From the NCBI GenBank assembly GCA_963758635.1, contig CAVWWD010000008.1, forward strand, positions 96,001-160,000: a stretch of DNA of 64,000 nucleotides, given 5' to 3'. Shown in pieces: positions 43,797 to 55,517 of this stretch; the first letter of the stretch is position 1, and the number at the start of each line of letters is the position of its first letter. The position numbers were made by a program, and so were the translations under genes. The notes below the pieces were generated by a model. It saw only the letters and a list, made by a program, of their open reading frames with translations, did not search any database and had not been told where the DNA came from. The DNA comes from an uncultured Candidatus Rokubacteria bacterium (GTDB taxonomy: Bacteria; Methylomirabilota; Methylomirabilia; Rokubacteriales; CSP1-6).

Positions 43797-44666
43797 ATGT
43801 CGAGCGCACGCTGGCGCCGGGCGTGGGCGCGGCTCCTCCGTGACTGGCCGGCAGCGGCGGGGCTCGTCGTCATCGTCGCCACCTGCGGCCTCGCGGTCGG
43901 CGCGCCGGCCCTCGCCCCCGCGGATCCGGTGCGCAACAGCCTGCTCGATCGCCTCACGCCGCCGATGTGGCTCGCCGGCGGGAGCGCGCGCCACCCTCTG
44001 GGTACCGACACCCTCGGCCGTGACGTCGCGAGCCGGCTCCTGCACGGGGCGCGCATCTCGCTCGTGGTGGGACTCGCCGCCGTCGCGGTGGCCGGCACTC
44101 TCGGCGTGGCGCTCGGCCTTCTGTCCGGCTACTACCGCGGCTGGATCGACAACGTCCTGATGCGCGTGGGCGACGTGCAGCTCGCGTTCCCCGTCCTGCT
44201 CCTCGGCGTGGCACTCCTCGCCGTGCTGGGGCCCGGCGAGCTCAACCTGATCCTCGTCCTCGGGGTGAGCGGGTGGATCACCTACGCGCGCATCGTCCGC
44301 GGCGAGACGCTCTCGCTCAAGGAGCGGGAATTCGTCGAGGCGGCCCGTGCCCTCGGCGCCCGCGACCGCTACCTCCTCGCCCGGCACATCCTGCCCAACG
44401 TGCTGCCGCCGATCACGGTGGTGGCGACCTTCTCGGTGGCGCGGGTCATCATCGCGGAGGCGTCGCTGTCGTTCCTGGGCCTCGGCATGCCTCCGCCCGC
44501 GCCGAGCTGGGGGGCGATGCTGGACGAGGGGCGCAACTACATCACGACCGGCTGGTGGCTGGCGCTCTTCCCGGGCCTCGCCATCCTGCTGCTCGTGCTC
44601 GGCATCAACCTGGTCGGCGACTGGCTCCGGGACCTGCTCGACCCGCGCATGGAGCGCGGGCTGTAG
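43797..44666 (+). CDS. ABC transporter permease (DppC-like)
   Basis: HPLGTDTLGRD, EFVEAARALG, EASLSFLGLG. Confidence 0.93.
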   Translation: MSSARWRRAWARLLRDWPAAAGLVVIVATCGLAVGAPALAPADPVRNSLLDRLTPPMWLAGGSARHPLGTDTLGRDVASRLLHGARISLVVGLAAVAVAGTLGVALGLLSGYYRGWIDNVLMRVGDVQLAFPVLLLGVALLAVLGPGELNLILVLGVSGWITYARIVRGETLSLKEREFVEAARALGARDRYLLARHILPNVLPPITVVATFSVARVIIAEASLSFLGLGMPPPAPSWGAMLDEGRNYITTGWWLALFPGLAILLLVLGINLVGDWLRDLLDPRMERGL

Positions 44667-44705
44667 AAGGTTGCTGAAAGAGGCTGCCGCCTCGGGGGCG
44701 CGCAG

Positions 44706-45128
44706 TCAGGCGGGGAGCGCGAACCCCTCGCGCTGAGCGGCGTCGGCCAGTCTGGCGTCGAGCGTGACGAACCCCCGACCCTCCGGGCGCCCCTCGGCCC
44801 AGTGAAGGGCCGCGGCCAGCTGGAGAGCGTCGAAGGCGCGCAGTGGGTGCAGGCGGAGCACGCGGAGGGCGATCGCCTTGACGGCCTCGATGTCCAGGAC
44901 GACGTGGCCGCCTCGCGCCAGCTCGACCATCCTCGCCTCGGCCTGGCGCGACACGGTTTCGGACAGCGCGCCCTCACGCACCAGACGGCGGAGGGCCGAG
45001 ACCACCTCGACCGGCGTCAGCGTCCAGAGCACGAGGACGCCGTCCTCGGTCGCCCAGCGCACGGCCCGCCGCGAGGACTCCTGGTCGATCAGGAGGGGCA
45101 CCACGGCCGAGCTGTCCCAGAACCTCAT
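44706..45128 (-). CDS. vapC: VapC/PIN-domain toxin
   Basis: MRFWDSSAVV, VEVVSAL, LRAFDALQLAAA, VTLD. Confidence 0.9.
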   Translation of the reverse strand: MRFWDSSAVVPLLIDQESSRRAVRWATEDGVLVLWTLTPVEVVSALRRLVREGALSETVSRQAEARMVELARGGHVVLDIEAVKAIALRVLRLHPLRAFDALQLAAALHWAEGRPEGRGFVTLDARLADAAQREGFALPA

Positions 45129-45424
45129 CGGCCCTCGTCCCGCTCGCGTACGAGAGTGGCCACGACGTCGGCGCCGGCCGCCGGCCGGCGGGCCAGCCAC
45201 TCCGCGCTCGGCCCTCCGGCGCCGCGACGGACGATCCCGCGCCGCTCGAGGCGGTCGAGCCACTCCTGGTCCGGGCCGGACGCAGGGTCCGATCCCGCGC
45301 GCTCGATCCGGGCGATCACCCGGTCCCGGTCGCACACGAGGATCGACTCGCCGCGCTGGACCCGGCGGAGGTAGTAGCTCAACCGATTCTTCAGCTCGGC
45401 GATCTTGACCGCGCGCGGGGGCAT
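45125..45424 (-). CDS. Phd/YefM-family antitoxin
   Basis: VKIAELKNRLSYYLRRV.RGE.ILV.DR. Confidence 0.9.
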   Translation of the reverse strand: MPPRAVKIAELKNRLSYYLRRVQRGESILVCDRDRVIARIERAGSDPASGPDQEWLDRLERRGIVRRGAGGPSAEWLARRPAAGADVVATLVRERDEGR

Positions 45425-45484
45425 GACTCATGATAGCCATGTGATAGCTATGATTCAAGGCCATCTCGCGCCATCTTTCCGCCA

Positions 45485-46115
45485 ATGACACCGGCCCTGC
45501 CGGAGCCCTTGCCCGAGAGCCCGCTGCCGCTGGTCGCCGAGTGGCTGGCGGCGGCGAACGCCTCGGTGCGGAACGGGTCGTCGATGGCGCTCGCCACCGT
45601 CGATCCCGACGGCCGCCCGGCGGTGCGCATGGTGATCTCGCGCGGCTTCGACGCCGAGGCGGGCTGGGTCGTGTTCTACAGCGACCGCGGCAGCCGCAAG
45701 GGCCTGGCCCTCGACAAGCTGCCCCGCGCGGCCGTGGTGTTCTACTGGGAGCCGCTCTGCGCGGCAGATCCGCATCGAGGGGCCGGTCACGGTGGCACCC
45801 GACGCCGATGCCGATCGCTACTGGAACACGCGCCCCCGCGACGCGCGCATCGCCGCCATCGCCACCGACCAGAGCCGGCCCATCCCCTCACGCGAGGCGC
45901 TGCTCGCCCGGGTCGCCGCCGAGGACTCCCGGCACGGCCCCGAGCCGCCGCGGCCCGCCCGCTGGATCGGCTATCGCGTGTGGGCCGAGCAGGTGGAGCT
46001 CTGGGTCAGCCAGCCGGCCCGCATCCACGACCGCGCGGTGTGGACCCGCGCGCTCACCCCCGCTGGAGACGGGTTCGCCGGCGGCCCTTGGAGCGCCACC
46101 CGGCTCGAACCCTGA
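45485..46115 (+). CDS. pdxH: Pyridoxine/pyridoxamine 5'-phosphate oxidase (apparent frameshift)
   Basis: MALATVDPDGRP.VRMV, SRKG, QIRIEG, RIHDR. Confidence 0.85.
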
Positions 46116-46177
46116 CCCGCGATCGGCCAGAACCACGACAGTTTGAGCCGTGTCGATGAGTCGAGTACGCTCCGATC

Positions 46178-46411
46178 ATGCGTAAGCGCTTGCAGGTCCG
46201 GCTCGACGAGCGCGATCTCCGTGAGATCAAGCGGCTCGCACGCGAGCAGAACATGACCGTCGCCGAATGGGTCCGTCAGGCCCTCGGCGCGGCGGCGCGA
46301 CGCGAGCCCACGCGGCTCCATGGCCGACGAAGCTCGCCGCAGTGCGTGCTGCGGCGCGCCACAGCTTTCCCACCGGCCCGATCGATCAGATGCTCAAGGA
46401 GATCGAGCGCC

Positions 46412-46419
<8 letters not shown>
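46178..46419 (+). CDS. Orphan ribbon-helix-helix (CopG-like) antitoxin (apparent frameshift)
   Basis: KRLQVRLDE...MTVAEWVRQAL ... FPTGPIDQMLKEIE; no toxin gene follows. Confidence 0.7.
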
Positions 46420-47403
<984 letters not shown>

Positions 47404-47404
<1 letters not shown>

Positions 47405-48432
47405 CAGGCGCCGTTCCTTCCGGGCGACGGACCCTCACCCCGGCCCTCTCCCTGGGAGGGAGAGGGAGCGTGGAGCCAGCAGCGGGTGGCGTGGCCGGGC
47501 GACACGGCCGTCTCGGGCGGCGCCTCGGCGCGGCAGCGGTCCATGGCCTGGGGGCAGCGCGGCGCGAAGGCGCAGCCGCCCCCGAGCGTGGCCAGGTCGG
47601 GCGGCTGGCCGGCGATGGCGGTGAGGCGGATCCGGGACGCGCCGAGCCGCGGCACCGACTCCAGCAGCGCCTGCGTGTAGGGGTGCGCGGGCGCGCCGAA
47701 GATCGTCCGCACCGGTCCCGACTCCACGATGCGGCCCGCGTACATCACGGCGACGCGGTCGCACATGCGCGCCACGATCCCCAGGTTGTGGGTGACGAAG
47801 ATCATGGCGAGGCGATGCCGCGACTGGATCTCCTTGAGCAGGCGCAGGTACTGGGCCTGGATGGTCAGGTCGAGGCTCGTGGTGGGCTCGTCGGCGATGA
47901 GCAGGCGCGGCGGCGCGGCGATGGCCATGGCGCCGACCACGCGCTGGCGCATGCCCCCCGACATCTGGTGCGGATACGTGCGCAGGCGCTCGGCGGGCGA
48001 GGGGATGCCGACGGAGGCGAGGAGCCCCGCCGCGCGCTCGGCGAGCGGCCGCCCGCGCAGCCGGTGGTACTTGGCGAGCGGCTCGCGCACCTGCATGCCG
48101 ATCGAGAACACCGGGTTCAGCGAGCTCATCGGGTCCTGCAGGATCATCGAGACCTTGCGCCCGCGGATGTCCTCCATCTGGCGCGGCGTCTTCGCCACGA
48201 GGTCCTCGCCGTCCAGCAGCACCGCGCCGCCGGCGTGGCGCGCGGCGGGCCGCGGGGCCAGACGCAGGATGGACAGGCAGGTCATGCTCTTGCCCGAGCC
48301 GGACTCGCCCACGAGCCCGAGCGTCTCGCCCTCGTCGAGGGCGAACGACACGCCGTCCACGGCGCGGATCGTGCCCCAGCGGGTCACGAGGTGGGTGCTG
48401 AGGTCGCGGACCTCGAGGACGGGCGTGGCCAC
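47404..48432 (-). CDS. Oligopeptide ABC ATPase (DppD/OppD-like)
   Basis: GESGSGKS, MSGGMRQR, GCAFAPRC. Confidence 0.95.
47430..47467. repeat. REP-like palindrome inside the ATPase 3' end
   Basis: Identical to 28553-28589; read as PSPSQGEGRGEGP. Confidence 0.85.
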
Positions 48433-48516
48433 GCGGCTCAGGGCGGACTATGCATGAACAGGTTCACCGGGCGCACACGCTGTTCAAGGTCCGTCTCCGT
48501 TCGCGATGATGCGGGC

Positions 48517-49408
48517 CTACAGCTGGCGGAGCTTCGGGTCGAGGGTGTCGCGCAGCCAGTCGCCGAGCAGGTTGAACGCCAGCACGACGAGCAGGATGGC
48601 GAGCCCGGGGAGCGCGGAGGCCCACCACGCGCTGGTGATGAAGTCGCGCGACTCCGCGATCATCGAGCCCCACGCCGGGGTGGGGGGCGGGATGCCCGCG
48701 CCCAGGAACGAGAGCGACGCCTCCAGGATGATCACGTAGCCGACCTGCAGCGTGACGAGCACCACCAGCGTGTTGAGCGTGTTCGGGAACAGGTGCCGGG
48801 TCACGATGCGCCACGCCCCCGCGCCGGCGATGCGCGCCTGCGCGATGAAGTCGAGCTCCATCAGCGTGAGCACCTGGCCGCGGATCACCCGCGCGTAGCG
48901 CGCCCACAGGATCACCGCGATGGCGAGGACCACGTTGGTGAAGCTGGGCCCCACCGTCACGGCCAGGATCAGCGCGAGGAGGATCACCGGGAACGACATC
49001 GTGGCGTCGGTGATCCGCATCAGCGCGGCGTCCACGCGGCCGCGGTAGTAGCCGGCGACGAGGCCGATGGCCGCCCCGAACGCGCTGGCGAGGAGCACGG
49101 TCACGACGCCCGCGGCCAGCGACACGCGCGCGCCGTGGAGGATGCGCGAGAGCAGGTCGCGCCCGAGGCGGTCGGTGCCGAGCGGATGCGCCCAGCTCCC
49201 GCCCTCCATCCAGACCGGCGGGCGGAAGCGCAGGCGGAGGGTCTGCTCGTAGGGGTCGGCGGGGGAGAGGAGCGGCGCGAACACCGCGGCGACCACGAAC
49301 GCGGCGATGATGGCCGAGCGACACCACGGGCAGCCGGCGGCGCCGCCGGGCCGCGGGCGCGGCGGGGAGCGCGTCGACGAGGACGCCCGGCGCGGGCTCA
49401 ACCGCCAT
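48517..49408 (-). CDS. ABC transporter permease (DppC-like; apparent frameshift)
   Basis: HPLGTDRLGRD, EASLSFLGAG. Confidence 0.92.
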
Positions 49409-50318
49409 AGCGGATCCGCGGGTCGATGACCGCGTAGAGGCAGTCCACGCCGAGGTTGACGACGGCCACGATGGCCGCGGTCATGAGCACCACCGCCTGG
49501 ATCACCGGGAAGTCCCGCGAGGTGATGGCCTCGTAGGCGAGGCGGCCCATCCCCGGCCAGGCGAAGACCGTCTCGACCACGATGGCGGTGGTGACGAGGA
49601 TCGAGAAGTAGATGCCGGCGAACGTGACCACGGGGATGAGCGCGTTCTTGAGCGCGTGCTGCCAGATGACCCAGCGCTCGGACACGCCCTTCACGCGCGC
49701 CAGCTTCACGTACTCGGAGTCCAGCACCTCGAGCATGCCCGAGCGCAGGAGCCGCATCATGCCCGCCACCACGAACCACCCGAGCGTGAAGCCGGGCAGC
49801 ACGTAGCTGGCGAGCCCGTCCATTCCCGCCGCGGGGAGCCATTGCAGCCGCCCGGCCACCACCTCCACGAGCACGATGGCGACCCAGAACGTGGGCAGCG
49901 ACTGGCCCAGCACGGCCACGACCTGGGCGGCGCGGTCGATGGCCGTGTCCTTGTGCACGGCGGCGAGCACGCCCAGCGGGAACGCGAACAGGATCGTGAC
50001 GCCCATGGCGAAGCAGGCGAGCTTGAGCGAGGCGGGGAGGCGATCGCGCAGCAGCTCGTTCACGGGCTTGCGCGCGCGGATCGAGGTGCCGAAGTCCCCG
50101 ACGAGGATCCGGCCCACGAAGGCGAGGTACTGCTCGTGATAGGGCCGGTCCAGTCCCAGGTAGCGGCGCGCGTTGTCGTAGTCCTCCGCGGTGGCCGACA
50201 TGGGCAGGATGAGGTGCAGGGGATCCCCGGTGAAGCGCGCGAGCACGAAGACCACGACGGACAGGATCGCCAGCGCGATCAGCGACTGCAGGAAGCGCGT
50301 GAGGACGAACCGGATCAT
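49398..50318 (-). CDS. ABC transporter permease (DppB-like)
   Basis: EYVKLARVKG, VETVFAWPGMG. Confidence 0.93.
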   Translation of the reverse strand: MIRFVLTRFLQSLIALAILSVVVFVLARFTGDPLHLILPMSATAEDYDNARRYLGLDRPYHEQYLAFVGRILVGDFGTSIRARKPVNELLRDRLPASLKLACFAMGVTILFAFPLGVLAAVHKDTAIDRAAQVVAVLGQSLPTFWVAIVLVEVVAGRLQWLPAAGMDGLASYVLPGFTLGWFVVAGMMRLLRSGMLEVLDSEYVKLARVKGVSERWVIWQHALKNALIPVVTFAGIYFSILVTTAIVVETVFAWPGMGRLAYEAITSRDFPVIQAVVLMTAAIVAVVNLGVDCLYAVIDPRIRYGG

Positions 50319-50370
50319 GGCACCCGGCGGGGGGAGCGCCCGCTCCCCCCGCCGCGCCGGACAGCGCCCA

Positions 50371-51945
50371 CTACTTGGAGGATGCCAGCTGGTCCACGAA
50401 GAGGTCGTACATCACGGTGCCGGGGTTCCACTTGCCGAGCGTCTTCGAGGTCGCGTACGCGGAGTGCAGGTACACGACGGGCACGCCGTAGTGCTCGCTG
50501 CGCAGGCGCTGGAAGATGTTGCGCATGAGCGCGTTGATCTTCTCGCGGTCGGTCTGCTTGGTGACCTGGGAGATCATCGCGTCGATCTCGGGGTCGTTCA
50601 CGGTGTCGTTGAGCTTGGACGGCCCGTACGCCTGCTTCTCCAGCAGCGCGTAGGTGCCGATCCAGTCACGGTTGGCGATGTTGTAGTAGCCCACCGAGCC
50701 CGGGGCCTTCCTGTCCACCCACAGCTTGCGGAACGCCGGGTAGTCCACCGGGATCAGCTTGGTCTGCACGCCGACCTTCTGCCAGTACCCCGACACCGCC
50801 TCCGCGAAGGCCTTGCCCTCCGGAAGCCCCGGCAGCTGGAACGCGTACACGTCCATGGAGAAGCCGTTCGGGTGGCCGGCGTCGGCGAGGAGCTTCTTGG
50901 CCCGCGCCGGGTCGTACGCGTACATCATGTCCGGCGTCACCTTGAAGCCGATGTCCTTGAACGACCACGACAACCCCATCGGGATCGCCGCCGGGTCCGC
51001 CTTGCCCGCGAAGATCGACTGGGCGATCTCGTTCCGGTCGATGGCGACGTTCAGGGCCTCGCGGACGCGCTTGTCCTTGACCGGCGGCACCCACCCGTCC
51101 GGCCCGAACACGAACCACATGTGCAGGATGGCCTCGTCGCGCCGGAAGTGGACGGGGAAGCCCTCCTTGCCGAGCTCGCCCACGCGCTCGCGGCTCACGT
51201 CGGCGATGTCCACCTCGCCGCGCCGGAGCAGCGCGATGCGGGTGGTCTCCTCGGGGACGAGGCGGAAGTGCATCGTCTTGTACTTCGGGGTGCCGAGCCG
51301 CCAGTGCGATGGCATGGCCTCGAGCTTGATGTGCGAGCCGGTCACGTGCTCCACGAACTTGTAGGGGCCGCTGCCCACCGGCTTCCTCGCGAACACGTCG
51401 TCGCCCACCGACTCGATGTACTTCTTGGGCAGGACCATGCCCTCGGTGGAGAGGACGCGGGAGAGGTACGTCGGGATGATGAGCGTCGACTCCTTGGTGA
51501 CGATGACCACCCGGTCGGGCGCCGGCGTCTCGATGTCCTGCACGAGCGTGCGCAGGGGGCCGGCGTAGCCGGTGGTGGACCGCTTGCCCATCGCGCGCTG
51601 CAGGCTGAACTTCACGTCCTCGGACGTGACGTCGTCGCCGTTGTGGAACTTGACCCCCTTGCGGAGCGTGAACGTCCAGCGCTTGTGGTCGGCCGAGGCC
51701 TCCCACTTGTTGGCGAGGCCGCCGTCCCGCGACAGCGTGCCGTCGGGGGTCACGCCCACGAGGTAGTCGAACATCATCGAGAGGTAGTACTTGACGATGT
51801 GCCCGCCCACCACCGGGTCCAGCACCTCGGTGGAGAAGCTCGACAGCGCGACGGTGAGCTCACCGGGCGCCTTCTGGGCCCACGCGGGCGTCCAGAAGGA
51901 GAGGCAGAGGACGAGCGCCAGGGCGATGCGGGCCGGAGCGGTCAT
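50371..51945 (-). CDS. ABC transporter peptide substrate-binding protein (family 5)
   Basis: LRKGVKFHNG, PVGSGPYKF; signal peptide. Confidence 0.93.
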   Translation of the reverse strand: MTAPARIALALVLCLSFWTPAWAQKAPGELTVALSSFSTEVLDPVVGGHIVKYYLSMMFDYLVGVTPDGTLSRDGGLANKWEASADHKRWTFTLRKGVKFHNGDDVTSEDVKFSLQRAMGKRSTTGYAGPLRTLVQDIETPAPDRVVIVTKESTLIIPTYLSRVLSTEGMVLPKKYIESVGDDVFARKPVGSGPYKFVEHVTGSHIKLEAMPSHWRLGTPKYKTMHFRLVPEETTRIALLRRGEVDIADVSRERVGELGKEGFPVHFRRDEAILHMWFVFGPDGWVPPVKDKRVREALNVAIDRNEIAQSIFAGKADPAAIPMGLSWSFKDIGFKVTPDMMYAYDPARAKKLLADAGHPNGFSMDVYAFQLPGLPEGKAFAEAVSGYWQKVGVQTKLIPVDYPAFRKLWVDRKAPGSVGYYNIANRDWIGTYALLEKQAYGPSKLNDTVNDPEIDAMISQVTKQTDREKINALMRNIFQRLRSEHYGVPVVYLHSAYATSKTLGKWNPGTVMYDLFVDQLASSK

Positions 51946-52110
51946 GGGTCACTCCTTCACGAAGCGTGGGATGGCGGCCCCGGGTGCGGGCCGGCGGCGA
52001 CGCCCCACAAGGTAGCCCGGATGGGTCGCGCTTGACAACTCCGGCGGCGCCGGGCGCCGCTTGACAGCGCGCCCCGATCGGGGTGGAGTGCCACGCGAGG
52101 ACATCGCCAC

Positions 52111-52917
52111 ATGCCGTCGACCTTCCCCGCCCACGACGCGGGAGCCTACGAGCGACTGATGGGACGGTGGAGCCGTCGCCTGGCGCCGCTGTTCGTCGAG
52201 CACGCGGGCACCGCGCCGGGCGACCAGCTGCTCGAGGTGGGCTGCGGCACGGGCAGCCTGACCTTCTCGCTCGCCGAGACGGCGCCCTTCGCCGAGCTGA
52301 CCGCCGTGGACTTCGCGGACGTGTACGTGAACGCGGCCCGCGCCATGAACCGCGATCCCCGCGTCCGGATCGAGCAGGGCGACGCCACCGCGCTCGGCTT
52401 CGCGGACGCGCGCTTCGACCGGACGCTGTCCCTCCTCCTGCTGCACCTCGTGCCCAGCCCGGACCGGGCGGTGGCGGAGATGCGCCGGGTCACCCGCCCG
52501 GGTGGCGTGGTCGCCGCCGCCGTCTGGGACGCCGAGGGCGGTGTCGTCGCGCAGCGTATCTTCTGGGACACCGCCGCCGCGCTGGACGCCGCCGCGAGGC
52601 CGCTCCGGGCGCGGTCGATGGGCAACCCCGTCGTCGCCGCCGGCGGGCTCCGCCGCCTCTTCGTCGCGGCGGGGCTCGAGGAGGTCGACGAGCGCACGCT
52701 CGTCATCCGGATGGAGCCGCAGACCTTCGACGACTACTGGGAGCCGTATGCCAGCGGCGAGGGGCCCATCGGCGCCTACGTCGCGGGCCTGGACGCCCCC
52801 GCGCGCGCGAGGCTCGAGGAGTGCTTGCGGGCCGCCTACCTCGCGGGCCGTCCCGACGGGCCGCGCTCGTTCGCCGCGCTCGCCTGGTCGTGCCGCGGCG
52901 TCGTGCCGCGTGCCTGA
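52111..52917 (+). CDS. Class I SAM-dependent methyltransferase
   Basis: YERLMGRWS, LEVGCGTG, RRVTRPGG. Confidence 0.9.
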   Translation: MPSTFPAHDAGAYERLMGRWSRRLAPLFVEHAGTAPGDQLLEVGCGTGSLTFSLAETAPFAELTAVDFADVYVNAARAMNRDPRVRIEQGDATALGFADARFDRTLSLLLLHLVPSPDRAVAEMRRVTRPGGVVAAAVWDAEGGVVAQRIFWDTAAALDAAARPLRARSMGNPVVAAGGLRRLFVAAGLEEVDERTLVIRMEPQTFDDYWEPYASGEGPIGAYVAGLDAPARARLEECLRAAYLAGRPDGPRSFAALAWSCRGVVPRA

Positions 52918-54883
52918 GTCATTGACGGACGGGAGTGCGGGATTCGTCGAGCTCACCCGGGCCGAGCTCGAGGGCTCCGTGCCCGCGCTGTTCGAGCGCA
53001 TCGCCGCGCGCGCGCCCGACGCGCCCGCGATTGTCTGGCCCGAGGGGGAGCTGACCTACGGCGCCCTGAACGCCGCCGCCAACCGTCTCGCCCGCGCGAT
53101 CCTCGGCCGCCGCGGCCCGGCGAGCGCGCCGGTGGTGGTGCTCGTCGACCACGACGCGTCGGCGGTGGTCTCGATCCTCGCCGCGCTCAAGGCGGGCAAG
53201 GTCTACCTGGCCCTCGAGGCCAGCCATCCCGTGGCGCGGCTCCGCGCGATCGTGGACGACGCCGGCGCCGACCTCGTGGTGGCGGCGGCGCGGCGCCTCG
53301 AGGTCGCCCGGGCGCTCACCGCCGCCCCCGACGGCGCGCTCGACGCCGACGCCGTCGACTCCGCGGCGGACGGCGGCGATCCCGCCGTGCCGCTCGACGG
53401 CCGCGCGGCCGCGTTCCTCGGCTACACGTCGGGCTCCACGGGGACGCCGAAGGGCGTGCTCTGGGACCACCGCGGGATCCTTCACCGGGTGAGGGAGCAC
53501 GTGAACGCCTTCCGCCTGGGGCCGGGAGACCGGCTGAGCCTGGTGCATCGTCCGAGCGTGTCCGCGTCGTTCCGTCACATGTGGGGCGCGCTCCTGAGCG
53601 GCGCCACGCTCATGCCGTACGACCTGCAGGCCGAGGGGCTCGAGGGCTTCGGCCGCTGGCTGGCGGCGTCCGGCATCACGCATTGTCACGTCGCCGCGTC
53701 GCGTGTTCCGGCATTTCGCCGGGGCGCTGCCGCCCGGCGAGAACCTGCCCGATCTGCGCCTCGTGTGGGTCGGCAACGAGCCGGTGCTCCGGAGCGACGC
53801 CGTCCTCTTCCGCGGGCGCTTCTCACCGCGATGCCGGTTCGTGAACGGTTACGCCCTCACCGAGGCCGGCACCGTGCGGGCCTTCGTCGTGGACGCGGAC
53901 ACGCCGCTTCGCGGCGACCTGCTGCCGATCGGCTACCCGCTGGCCGACAAGGAGGTGCTGCTCCTCGACGAGGACCGGCGCCCGGTGGCGGATCGGCGAC
54001 ACGGGGGAGATCGCGATCCGGAGCGAGTTTCTCGCCCTCGGCTACTGGCGCCGGCCGGACCTGGACCGCCAGGCGTTCCTGCCCGATCCCGCGGGCGGCC
54101 GGGCGCGCATCTACCTGTCCGGAGACCTCGGCCGGCTGCGAGGCCGACGGCTGCCTCACGCTCCTCGGCAGGAAGGACGCGCAGCCCAAGCTGAGGGGCC
54201 GCTTCGTGGACCCGCTCGAGGTGGAGCGGCGGCTCCTCGAGCATCCGGGGCTGGCCGGCGCCGCGGTGGCGGTGCGGGAGGACCGCCCGGGGGACCAGCG
54301 GCTCGTCGCCTACGTGGTGGCGGCCCCGGGCGCGGCGCCGACCGTCCGGGAGCTGCGCGCCTTCGCGCTGGAGCGTCTGCCCGAGCACCTGGTGCCGTCG
54401 CTCTGGGTGACGCTCCCCGCGCTGCCGCGGTCGGGCACCGGCAAGGTGGCCCGGCAGAGCCTGCCCGCGCCCGGACGCCGGCGGCCCGACCTGGAGACCG
54501 CGCTGGTCGCCCCGCGCAGCCCCATCGAGCGGGAGCTGTCGCGGATCTGGGCCGATGCCCTCGGTCTCGACGAGATCGGGATCCACGACGATTTCCTCGA
54601 GCTCGGCGGACACTCGCTGCTGGCCGCCAGCCTGGTGGCCCGCGTCCGCGAGGCGTTCGGGGTGGACCTGCCCGCCGCGGCCCTGCTCGAGGCGCCCCGC
54701 GTGTCGGGCATGGCCACGGTGATCGTCGAGCACCTCCTGCGCACGCTCCCGCCCGGAGCGGGCGAGCGCCTGCTCGACGGCCTCGAAGCGCCGGAGGCGC
54801 GGCCTCCGCGCCGCTCAGCCCGCGGCGGCCACCGACGCGCCGGCGCCGGACGCGAGGTAGTCCCACAGCCTACACGCTGCTGA
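52910..54883 (+). CDS. Stand-alone NRPS-like A-T didomain, second copy (apparent frameshifts)
   Basis: YTSGSTGTPKG, YALTE, GRKDAQPKLRG, TGKVAR, PCP motif FLELGGHSL. Confidence 0.88.
   Translation: MPESLTDGSAGFVELTRAELEGSVPALFERIAARAPDAPAIVWPEGELTYGALNAAANRLARAILGRRGPASAPVVVLVDHDASAVVSILAALKAGKVYLALEASHPVARLRAIVDDAGADLVVAAARRLEVARALTAAPDGALDADAVDSAADGGDPAVPLDGRAAAFLGYTSGSTGTPKGVLWDHRGILHRVREHVNAFRLGPGDRLSLVHRPSVSASFRHMWGALLSGATLMPYDLQAEGLEGFGRWLAASGITHCHVAASRVPAFRRGAAARREPARSAPRVGRQRAGAPERRRPLPRALLTAMPVRERLRPHRGRHRAGLRRGRGHAASRRPAADRLPAGRQGGAAPRRGPAPGGGSATRGRSRSGASFSPSATGAGRTWTARRSCPIPRAAGRASTCPETSAGCEADGCLTLLGRKDAQPKLRGRFVDPLEVERRLLEHPGLAGAAVAVREDRPGDQRLVAYVVAAPGAAPTVRELRAFALERLPEHLVPSLWVTLPALPRSGTGKVARQSLPAPGRRRPDLETALVAPRSPIERELSRIWADALGLDEIGIHDDFLELGGHSLLAASLVARVREAFGVDLPAAALLEAPRVSGMATVIVEHLLRTLPPGAGERLLDGLEAPEARPPRRSARGGHRRAGAGREVVPQPTRC
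54734..54870. repeat. Left ~135-bp direct repeat flanking a VapBC-like module
   Basis: Matches 55848-55981. Confidence 0.9.
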
Positions 54884-54965
54884 TCGACGGCGCGACGAGC
54901 CCGAGCCCCTCACGCAGCTCCGGTTCACGACCACGCGGCCTCCGCGGTCAATGTCAGGGCGGCCC

Positions 54966-54987
54966 GGACGTTCCCGCGGGAACGTCC
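54966..54987. repeat. Perfect 22-bp palindrome
   Basis: ggacgttcccgcgggaacgtcc. Confidence 0.85.
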
Positions 54988-55130
54988 CCGTCGGCTACCG
55001 CCGCGGTAAGGTCACCCAGACCGACGTCACCGACCCCGCGGCACCGTCCGCCGCGTCACCTTCAGCGCCACCAGCTACCCACTCAGCGATACCCGCGCCC
55101 ACGGCCTATCCCATCTCCACGCTCGCGCCG

Positions 55131-55517
55131 TTACCAGCCCCGGTCTACCGCCACGTCGGGCATCGGATAGTGCTTGAGGTTCTGCGTGTAGATCTTGCCG
55201 CCGGTGGCTGCCACGGTCGCCGCCAGGATGGCGTCGTTGATGTCGAGGCCGTGGGCGGGGTGCCACCGCCGGTACACCTCGGCCGCGTCGTCCACGATCG
55301 CCTGGGTCACCGGCTCGGTCTTGAAGCGTGAGAGGAAGGACATCGTCGCCGGCGCCTCGCCGGGACGCATGAAGAACACGATCTCCGCGCGTTGGAGGGC
55401 ACCCGTCCACAGCTCCATGCCCGATTCACGGGAGAGCGCGCGAAGGAGGGCGGCCGCCCGACGCTCTCCCCGCAGGTGCCAGATCAGGATGTCGCTGTCG
55501 ACGTAGGCGCGCATCAA
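55131..55517 (-). CDS. vapC: VapC/PIN-domain toxin
   Basis: AYVDSDILI, AEI, DINDAILAA, YTQNLKHY. Confidence 0.88.
   Translation of the reverse strand: MMRAYVDSDILIWHLRGERRAAALLRALSRESGMELWTGALQRAEIVFFMRPGEAPATMSFLSRFKTEPVTQAIVDDAAEVYRRWHPAHGLDINDAILAATVAATGGKIYTQNLKHYPMPDVAVDRGW

Noticed and set aside
44664..44700. aggttgctgaaagagg, resembling an IS-type terminal repeat beside vapC
   Set aside because: Short, no matching second end found, and no transposase.
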